Below, one piece after another: positions 57,076-64,000 of a stretch of DNA of 64,000 nt (the stretch's first letter is position 1; every line of letters starts with the position of its first letter). The stretch lies in contig CAVYRH010000019.1 of the NCBI GenBank assembly GCA_963770835.1, forward strand, positions 224,001 through 288,000. The letters are read 5' to 3'. The notes below the pieces were generated by a model that worked only from the letters and a program-made list of their open reading frames with translations, made no database searches and had not been told where the DNA came from. The translations under genes and the position numbers were made by a program. Source of the stretch: an uncultured Pseudomonadota bacterium. Its GTDB lineage: Bacteria; Oederibacteriota; Muellerivitia; Muellerivitales; Muellerivitaceae.

Positions 57076-57707
57076 TTACTTTATTTCAACGACCTGAATC
57101 CGGTTTTCAACGACTTTAATTTCAATCCGGCTTCCATCGGGAATATTCGAAATTTGCCGGGACAAATCGAAAAGATAATGAAGTTGATCCAGCGCCGGAA
57201 CAGCCCGCAGTGAAACATTCTTGCCGCTTTGAGTTGTGAAAAACGGGGGAAAGGGGTTGATGAGCTGGCCCGGTTCCAGCTTTTTCCCTTTGTTTTTAAG
57301 CTGTTGCAAAGGATACATCTCAAGAAACACCATGGGGTTGCTCTTGGCTTCCTCAAGAAAAACCGGAAGTCCCATCTTCATGTCTTTCACTTCGCCCGTC
57401 TCTCCCCTCAGCTTAAAGATGGTATTTCCCCTCAAAAGGAATTGATCCCCCATACAATCCTGCGCGAAGGGGATATCCTCCGCCCGGACATTCGGATATC
57501 TTTTCGATAAAGCCTTATCGCCTGTCCAAAATAGCTGCAAAGAATGCCAGGCGGGAGAATCGCAAACACCACGGAAGTGGACCCCCCTTCAAACGCCACA
57601 AAACCGTTTGTTCCCGAAAGGATTGCTTTCAAGTCATCAGGCAACCGCTTGAGCAGCGCTGCATCGGATACCGCGGGGCCTTCATACGTTACATTTTCAA
57701 AATCCAT
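57076..57707 (-). pseudogene. SMI1/KNR4 (SUKH)-like immunity protein, frameshifted at a G6 tract
   Basis: Frame 1 MDFENV...TNGFVAFEGG continues in frame 2 as HFRGVCDSPAWHSL...IPFAQDCMGDQF; join needs one extra base at 57582-57587. Confidence 0.7.
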
Positions 57708-57740
57708 TGGACATCTCTTGGCTTGAACAAGCCTTCACTT

Positions 57741-59021
57741 TTACTTTTTAAAGTACTTCTCGTTGATGGACTTGACGACCGCGGGAATAACCTGGTCCGG
57801 CGTCTTGGTGCCCAGCCACATCGGGTCGAAGGCCGGGGTCAGGACCCCGAAAAAGATCTCGTTCCAATTGGACATGAACGGCTGGTAATGGGAATACTTG
57901 GGCATTTCCAAAAGGATGGCCTTGTGGTCCGCGCCCGGGCTCTTCAAGAAGACGTCCGAATTCGCCAGGCTCATGAGGGCCGGCTGGATCATGCCCGTCT
58001 CGGTCATCTGGGAAACCGAAGCCGCGCTGGTCATTTCCTTGATCACCAGCCAGGCTAGGTCCTTGTTCTTGGAGCTTTTGGAAAGGGCGTAGCCCGACCC
58101 TCCCGTGCCCCAGCCTTTGCCGCCCTGGGGGCCGTGGGGGAATTCCACCACGTCGAAGTCCAGGGCCTTGTCCTCCAAAAAGCGCGGGGTCTGCCAGATG
58201 CCCGAGGAAAGCATGGCCACCTGGCCGTTCATGAACATGTCCATTTGACCGTTGGCCAGGCTGGCAGTCTGGATCTGCGAGGGGTCCGGCGAGACGTGGT
58301 ACTTCTGGATCAGGGCCCAGCGGAAGCCTATGGCTTCCACTGCGTTGGGCGAATCCAGGGTCACGCGGGTGGGATTGTCCGTATTGTCCACATAGTCCCC
58401 GCCGTTGCCGAAAACGAAGTTTTCGTATTGCACCGAGTAGGCGTCGGCGAAGGCCCAGCGGGTCACATTCCCCTTGGCGTCCTTCTGGATGAGCTTTTGG
58501 CAGGTGGAAAGGAAGGGTTCGGGCCAGGTCCAGTCATCCTTGGGGTAGGGCAGTCCCGCGTCGCGGAAAAATTTGCGGTTGTAGTAAATGAGGCCCGAGG
58601 GCGCCGTGTCCTGGGGGATGGCGAAGATCTTTCCGCCGGGGCTAAAGCGGTGGGCCACCCCGTCGTAATAGCCCTTCAGGTCCATGCCGTCCTTTTGGCA
58701 ATAGGGCGTCAGGTCCTCCAGGGCGTCGCGCAGGTAAAGGTCCACGAAGTTGTTGACCTCCACGAAGATGACGTCCGGCGCGTTGCCGCCCGCCAGCTGG
58801 GTGGTGATCTTCTGCTGGTATTCGTTGTAGGGGATATTGTCCACCAGGATCTTCAAGCCCGGGTGACGGCTCTCGATGTCCTTCACCACGTCGTCGAGTT
58901 TGGAGATCAGGACGGGGTCGGTGAGGAACTGGGAAAGGTGGATGGTGGTGACTTTGCTCCCGCAGCCTGCCATCACCGCCAAAATCGGTACAAGGAACGC
59001 CGCCAGTAGTTTTCGTTTCAT
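57741..59021 (-). CDS. Sugar ABC transporter substrate-binding lipoprotein
   Basis: Lipobox VMAGC; GNAPDV, IYYNRKFF..AGL.YP...WTW, FMNGQVAM. Confidence 0.9.
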   Translation of the reverse strand: MKRKLLAAFLVPILAVMAGCGSKVTTIHLSQFLTDPVLISKLDDVVKDIESRHPGLKILVDNIPYNEYQQKITTQLAGGNAPDVIFVEVNNFVDLYLRDALEDLTPYCQKDGMDLKGYYDGVAHRFSPGGKIFAIPQDTAPSGLIYYNRKFFRDAGLPYPKDDWTWPEPFLSTCQKLIQKDAKGNVTRWAFADAYSVQYENFVFGNGGDYVDNTDNPTRVTLDSPNAVEAIGFRWALIQKYHVSPDPSQIQTASLANGQMDMFMNGQVAMLSSGIWQTPRFLEDKALDFDVVEFPHGPQGGKGWGTGGSGYALSKSSKNKDLAWLVIKEMTSAASVSQMTETGMIQPALMSLANSDVFLKSPGADHKAILLEMPKYSHYQPFMSNWNEIFFGVLTPAFDPMWLGTKTPDQVIPAVVKSINEKYFKK

Positions 59022-59062
59022 CGCTTCCTCCTTGGGCTTCGCTGTTGCCTTTGCTTAGCTGC

Positions 59063-59090
59063 AAACTGTCGACTGTGAACTGCGAACTGG
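59063..59090. repeat. Heptamer tandem repeat (nnACTGn x4)
   Basis: aaactgt-cgactgt-gaactgc-gaactgg; a related run gaactgc-caactgc-gaactga occurs at about 4979-4999. Confidence 0.65.
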
Positions 59091-59092
59091 TT

Positions 59093-60085
59093 TTAAGCCG
59101 ATTCGCGAACGACCAAACTGGCCTTCAGTTGCAGCACCGAGCGGGCCTTTTCCTCGCCGGTCACGAGCCGCATCAGCTTGTGGATGGCCAGGCGGCCCAG
59201 CTCGTTGAGGTCGTAACTGACGGTGGTCAGGGAAGGGCTGACCAGGGAGGCCATTTCGATGTCGTCGAACCCGACCACCGCCATGGTGCCCTCCTTCTTG
59301 TGGTCGTGCAGCACCTTCAAAACGCCGATGGCCATGGCGTCGTTGGAGGCGAAAACCGCCGTGGGGGAGTTGGGCATCGCCAGGAACTTCTCGGCGGCCT
59401 CGATGCCCGATTTGACCACGTAGAAGCCGGGCAAAACCAGGCTGGGGTCGACGGGGATGCCCGCCTCGGCTAGGGCGCTTTTATAGCCCTCGAAGCGCTC
59501 GGTGGAATCGCTCAGTTCCCTGCGGCCCATGACGAACCCGATGCGTTTGTGGCCCTTCTGGAGGAGGTGCCGGGTGGCCTGCTTGGCCCCGTCGAAATTA
59601 TCGATGATCACCGAGGAAGCGATGTCTTCGAAGCGCCTCTCGCACAGGATCACCATGGGAAACTTCTTGCGGATCAGGTTTTTAATGAGGTTTTCGGTGT
59701 TTTGGGTGGGCATAAAATAAAGGAGACCGTCCACCACGGGGGGCTCGGTAAGGGTGCGGATGGTTTCCCTTTCTTCGTCCGGCTGGGCCCCCTCGGGGAT
59801 GACCCCCATGGTGAGCAGTTTCCCGAATTTCCGAGCCTCCAGTTCCATGCCCGCCAGGATGGCCGCCACAAAGGGGTCCATGGAGGGCGTCAGCACCCCC
59901 AGGAATCCCGTCTGGCGGTTGGCCAGGCCCCGGGCGAAGCGGTGGGGCCGGTACTGCATCTTCTCCATCATGGCCTTGATCTTCTGCTCGGTCTCGTACT
60001 TCACCGCCAGGCCGTTCAGGACCCGGGAGACCGTGGCCTTGGACACCCCGGTCTTTTCTGCGATTTGCTGGATCGTCACGCCCAT
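59093..60085 (-). CDS. LacI-family transcriptional regulator
   Basis: TIQQIAEKTGVSKATVSRVLN, NDAMAIG, VVGFDD. Confidence 0.95.
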   Translation of the reverse strand: MGVTIQQIAEKTGVSKATVSRVLNGLAVKYETEQKIKAMMEKMQYRPHRFARGLANRQTGFLGVLTPSMDPFVAAILAGMELEARKFGKLLTMGVIPEGAQPDEERETIRTLTEPPVVDGLLYFMPTQNTENLIKNLIRKKFPMVILCERRFEDIASSVIIDNFDGAKQATRHLLQKGHKRIGFVMGRRELSDSTERFEGYKSALAEAGIPVDPSLVLPGFYVVKSGIEAAEKFLAMPNSPTAVFASNDAMAIGVLKVLHDHKKEGTMAVVGFDDIEMASLVSPSLTTVSYDLNELGRLAIHKLMRLVTGEEKARSVLQLKASLVVRESA

Positions 60086-60103
60086 GAATTTCCCTCCGGG
60101 AAA

Positions 60104-60180
60104 AATTAGGAATTAGTAATTAGGAGTTAGAAGTTGAGGTCTTTAAAAATTCCTCATTCCTAACTCCCAATTCCTAATTG
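60104..60180. repeat. Heptamer-repeat hairpin between xylA and the LacI gene
   Basis: aattagg-aattagt-aattagg-agttaga-agttgag ... attcctc-attccta-actccca-attccta. Confidence 0.85.
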
Positions 60181-60181
60181 T

Positions 60182-61348
60182 TTAAATGACTCCCATTAAG
60201 AGTTCCTGGAAATGCTGGTCCAGTTCCTCGTAAGGCAGGCGCTTCTTGGAAAGGGCCATGGGGTCGAAGGAAGTCGCGCGCAGTTTGGCCGCGCCTTCCG
60301 GGCTGTAGCGGCTCATGATGGTTTCCAGGGCGTAATCGCCCGCGTGGAGACTCTTCAAGATCTGCTGGATCTTCTTGTCCGCGTTGAACTGCTTCACCTT
60401 GTCCCAGAGGATCAAGTAGGTCCTCATGCTGCCCTCCACGAAATCCCACACGCCCTTCTCGTCCTCGCTGCGGTAGGGATGCTCGTCGAAGTTACGCGTG
60501 CCGGCCCAGTCGTGGTCCTCCAGCAGTTTCACTACGAGGAAGGTTTCCTTGATGTCCTCGCTGCCGAAGCGCAGGTCCTGGTCGAAGCGGTTGGGCTTCT
60601 GCGCCCCCAGGTCCACGTGGTAGAGCTTGCCCGCTTCCATGGCTTGGGCGAAGTCGTGGTAGGTGTTCAATCCCGCCATGCGCGAATGCTCGATCTCCGG
60701 GTTGACCCCCACCATCTCGGGGTAATCCAGCGTCTCGATGAAGGCCAGCACGTGCCCGGCGGTGGCGAAGTAGATGTCGCCGCGCGGCTCGTTGGGCTTG
60801 GGCTCGATGGCGAACCTAAAGCCGTAGCCCTGGTGCCGGGCGTAGGAACAAAGGTAGTTCATGCATTCCCGGTAGCGCTTGATGGCCTCCCCCGGCGTCT
60901 TGGCGGCGTCCACTTCCGCGCCCTCCCGGCCGCCCCAGAAAACGTAGGTCTTGGCGCCCAGCTCGGCGCCCAGGTCCATGTTCTTCATGACCTTCTGCAG
61001 GGCGAAGGCCCGCACCTTCGGGTCGTGGCTGGTGAAGGCGCCGTCCTTGAAGACCCGGTGGAAGAAAAGGTTCGTGGTGGCCATGGAACAAACGATGTCG
61101 TAGTCCTTCATCGCTTGTTTGGTTTGCTTGATGATCTTGTTGCGCAGCTGGAGGTTGGCGCCGAAGGGGATCAGGTCGTCGTCGTGGTAGTTGAACCCGT
61201 AGACGTTGCGCTTCCCCAGTTCCTTGATATTGGTGATGGGATCCAGGCGGGCGCGGGTTTCTTCGCCGAAGGGATCGCGTCCCCTATTAGCGGTGCACCA
61301 AAGTCCGAACGAAAAGCGGTGTTCCTTTTTGGGTTTGAAAGATGCCAT
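60182..61348 (-). CDS. xylA: Xylose isomerase (short, class I-like)
   Basis: FSFGLW, GRDPFG, WGGREG, EPKPNEPRGD, NPEIEH, DQDLRFG; GGAGG before MASFKP. Confidence 0.95.
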   Translation of the reverse strand: MASFKPKKEHRFSFGLWCTANRGRDPFGEETRARLDPITNIKELGKRNVYGFNYHDDDLIPFGANLQLRNKIIKQTKQAMKDYDIVCSMATTNLFFHRVFKDGAFTSHDPKVRAFALQKVMKNMDLGAELGAKTYVFWGGREGAEVDAAKTPGEAIKRYRECMNYLCSYARHQGYGFRFAIEPKPNEPRGDIYFATAGHVLAFIETLDYPEMVGVNPEIEHSRMAGLNTYHDFAQAMEAGKLYHVDLGAQKPNRFDQDLRFGSEDIKETFLVVKLLEDHDWAGTRNFDEHPYRSEDEKGVWDFVEGSMRTYLILWDKVKQFNADKKIQQILKSLHAGDYALETIMSRYSPEGAAKLRATSFDPMALSKKRLPYEELDQHFQELLMGVI

Positions 61349-61381
61349 CCAAGTACCTCCCTTTGGGCTATTGGAAATTAC

Positions 61382-61395
61382 TGAAACCGGTTCAA
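61382..61395. promoter_or_regulatory. Putative LacI-family operator upstream of xylA
   Basis: Near-palindrome TGAAACCGGTTCAA with central CG, 33 bp upstream of the xylA start. Confidence 0.7.
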
Positions 61396-61769
61396 TATTC
61401 AATAACCAGGGCCATTTTTCAATACCTAAATTAAAATTAGAAATGTTTCAATGTTTTTCAGGGGAAAATCCATTACCCATGTTGCCCTCCATGCGGCTTT
61501 CCGGAGGAATTTTTCACCCAGAGGAATGAATTGAGGCGGTTGGGAAAAACGGCTCAGGGAGGATTAAAAATTTCTTGGTCTTTTTTTCGGCGCTTAGGCC
61601 ATCCCAACGCGGTTCCGTTCATTTCGTTTCCTTCACCAACCAGTCCCCCATCCTGAAATATTCCCCGTCCGCTAGAAACGCCGGTTGAGTTATCATCAGC
61701 CGGTCCTTGGCGGGATGGCGCCACCGGTGAATTCCGGTTACAATCCCCCGGCCAGGAGAAACGACCTCG

Positions 61770-62777
61770 ATGAAACCTCAGCGCCTTCTTGGACGCAACC
61801 TTATCCGAATAGCCTGGGTCGGAGCCATGGCCTTTCTGCCCCCCGGGGCGCAGGCCTTGGACCTGACGCCCGACGCCTCGCGCGTCCTTTCCGATCCCTC
61901 CTATTTGCCCCCGGGGGGACGGCTTTTCGGAAGCACCCAGTTCAATTTCAGTCAATTGAGTTCCGGCACGGCCAATTACCTGGGCGCGCCGTTAAGTTCC
62001 AACACCACGATGACGACCACGATCAACCAGCTGTTCGAATTCGGCGTGACGGACGAGTTTTCCCTCCGGGCGGACGGGATTTACCAGGTGCAGGGGGTTA
62101 CCAATAATTCCGCTTCCGGCACCGGCACGGTGACCACCTCCACCGGTTTCACCAACCCGACTTTCGCGGCGATCTGGCGCTTCTTGGACGAGAAGAACCG
62201 TCCCTTCAACTGGGACCTGGTGGGCGCCTACGCCCCTAGCCTGATCAGCGCGCAGAACGCGTCCACGGACGAGTTCGGGTCGGTGGCGCGCGGAGGGGCG
62301 GTGGCGTCCCTGGGCACGGCCCTCAGCTACAAAACCAGGGACTTCACGGCCTATGGGCTTTTCCTCACCACTTATTTTGACAGCCGGGACATCCTGAACC
62401 AGGCCACCGGCATCGCCACCAGCTACCAAGCCAGCTGGCAGTACTCCTTCGAGGCCATGACCCAGACGCGCTTCGGGGGAGGCTTGTCCCTCAACGCGGG
62501 CGTTTCCCAAACCTACGCCGACAACGCCAATGCCTCTTTCACCAATGCCGCCGGCAAGCTTATCCAATTCACCAACCATCCCAGCAATTTGACGCTGCTG
62601 GCCGCCTCCCTGAATTACCAGGTGACCGAAGGCGGGTTCGTGGCGTCTTTCCTTTATAACTACATCCTTTACGGGAACGCCGGCAATGATTTCGCGGCCT
62701 TTCCCAAAAACGATACCACGACCAGCAACAAGCAGTCGGCCATCTTCGGCGCGATGGCACGATATGTCTTTAATTAG
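61770..62777 (+). CDS. Probable outer-membrane beta-barrel protein
   Basis: Signal peptide ending AQA, alternating amphipathic strands, C-terminal ARYVFN. Confidence 0.65.
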   Translation: MKPQRLLGRNLIRIAWVGAMAFLPPGAQALDLTPDASRVLSDPSYLPPGGRLFGSTQFNFSQLSSGTANYLGAPLSSNTTMTTTINQLFEFGVTDEFSLRADGIYQVQGVTNNSASGTGTVTTSTGFTNPTFAAIWRFLDEKNRPFNWDLVGAYAPSLISAQNASTDEFGSVARGGAVASLGTALSYKTRDFTAYGLFLTTYFDSRDILNQATGIATSYQASWQYSFEAMTQTRFGGGLSLNAGVSQTYADNANASFTNAAGKLIQFTNHPSNLTLLAASLNYQVTEGGFVASFLYNYILYGNAGNDFAAFPKNDTTTSNKQSAIFGAMARYVFN

Positions 62778-62792
62778 CGCGGGAGAATCGAA

Positions 62793-64000
62793 TTGAAAAC
62801 AAGAACCTGGATTCTCCTTGGCCTTCTCCTCGGGGCCGCCGTCGGCCCAGCCTCGTTGGGGGCCTCCGAAACCCGCGTGGATTCGGCGGGCGGGATCAAC
62901 GGCGTGCTCGACGACGAAACCAACAACGGGGACCTTTTCCTGGACGGCAACCCCGCCGGCCTGGTCCTCCTGCAAACCCGGGACCGTTTCGACCCGGCCG
63001 GCCAATACACCCTCACCGATACCCGGCCCCCGGGCGTGGGTTCCACCCAGATTACCCTCACCACCTTTCCCCGCCTGTCCGCAGACTCGGTCATCCGCTA
63101 CGAGGGCCTCATGGTCTTCCCCGACTCCCATTGGGCCTTCCAACTGGGTGGGGATTTTTTAGCCAGCCAGGGCGCCGTGGCCACGAATTATGTCGCCGAT
63201 ACCTACGCCCCCCGCCAGTACTGGGAACTGCTGCGCGTAGCTTACAACGCGGGGCCCTTTTCGCTGGGCCTGGAGGTCAGCAACGACGAGCAGGACAACC
63301 AATACGATGCGGGGCTCTTTAGCACCACGGTGGGCCAGTCCTCGGGGTCCAATAACGAAAACCAGACCCGATTGCGCGCGGGAGTGGTCACCACCTTTCC
63401 GGAAAACCAGGACAAGGATGCCCCGCACTGGGAACTGGGGGGGGTTTTCGAGACCCAGTTGGGGTCCGACGTGACCGCTTTCCAGGGCGAGCGCTTTTAC
63501 CTGGACACGGCGCCCTTCCTTATCCAGCAAAACACCTCCACAACCCAATACTATTTCTTCGGCCCCGAAGTGCGTTACGAGCTCCCCGGGGTCCTCATCC
63601 TCCGTTTCTATTCCTTCGTCACCAACGATTACACCACCTTCAGCCAGCAGCTCACCCCTTCCACCCCGGGCTTTGCGAACCTTCCCCCCTTCATCCTCAC
63701 CCAGTTCCAGTCGATGAATAATCTCGGGTCTTTCCGCCTGACGGTGCCCCTCTCCCCAACGGAAAACCTCAAGCTGGGCGGCACCCTGCAGGCCTATCTC
63801 TACAATGTGGACGTGCTGGGCACCGGCCACAACGTCGCCTCCGACCAGGACCGGGCGCAGATCAGCGGGTCCTTCGGCATCGGCCTGGATCACCCGGGCG
63901 ACTCAACCTGGGGTTTCCAATTCACGACCCAAAATTACGCCCACGACGACCAGGTGGTTCCCACGGACGTCCTGACGGCCACCGATTACGACCTTTACCA
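62793..64000 (+). CDS. Probable FadL/PorV-like outer-membrane protein, truncated by the window end (absent from the ORF track)
   Basis: TTG start with GGGAGA upstream; MKTRTWILLGLLLGAAVGPASLGA-SETRVDSAGG...DD...GNPAGL; frame open to 64000. Confidence 0.65.
   Translation, partial: MKTRTWILLGLLLGAAVGPASLGASETRVDSAGGINGVLDDETNNGDLFLDGNPAGLVLLQTRDRFDPAGQYTLTDTRPPGVGSTQITLTTFPRLSADSVIRYEGLMVFPDSHWAFQLGGDFLASQGAVATNYVADTYAPRQYWELLRVAYNAGPFSLGLEVSNDEQDNQYDAGLFSTTVGQSSGSNNENQTRLRAGVVTTFPENQDKDAPHWELGGVFETQLGSDVTAFQGERFYLDTAPFLIQQNTSTTQYYFFGPEVRYELPGVLILRFYSFVTNDYTTFSQQLTPSTPGFANLPPFILTQFQSMNNLGSFRLTVPLSPTENLKLGGTLQAYLYNVDVLGTGHNVASDQDRAQISGSFGIGLDHPGDSTWGFQFTTQNYAHDDQVVPTDVLTATDYDLY

Noticed and set aside
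60212..63893. Long opposite-strand ORFs 60212-61384(+), 61992-63143(-), 63159-63893(-)
   Set aside because: GC-rich antisense shadows of xylA and the two barrel genes
1..64000. tRNA, rRNA, tmRNA, RNase P RNA or prophage/integrase
   Set aside because: No recognisable signatures by eye in the intergenic regions; tRNAscan-SE and Rfam scans were not run

Overview
Chromosomal window (mostly minus-strand genes) from a moderately GC-rich, LPS-making (diderm) bacterium. The backbone is a kdsD-kdsC-lptC-lptA-lptB ... rpoN-hpf-ptsN-hprK-yvcK-mannose-type PTS-ptsH-ptsI gene string. It is interrupted by an inositol-phospholipid pair (CDP-alcohol phosphatidyltransferase + ino1), a GH5/nuclease/amidohydrolase block and a GH57 gene. 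Also present: a xylose operon (xylA, LacI, sugar-binding protein, xylB), a sulfite/nitrite reductase, two tandem membrane-anchored alkaline-phosphatase-superfamily proteins with a Thr at the nucleophile position, a GH35/42-type enzyme, cspA, two probable outer-membrane barrels and an intact IS256 with 8-bp target duplication that splits a ~1457-aa NHL/Kelch surface protein. Most interesting candidate system: three secreted proteins with long Thr/Pro-rich stalks share a T9SS-CTD/FlgD-like C-terminal domain, one sits directly upstream of a DUF2723 (TMEM260-like) glycosyltransferase and a GH125-like hydrolase, and a FadL/PorV-like barrel lies at the window end. Together these suggest a coupled export and O-glycosylation pathway (inference). 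Other oddities: periodic-repeat intergenic hairpins (7/9/10-mers), a 45-bp duplication around a hairpin, two homopolymer frameshifts and a probable non-AUG start. No rRNA, tRNA or CRISPR array was recognised. All family calls come from motif recognition by eye, not database searches.
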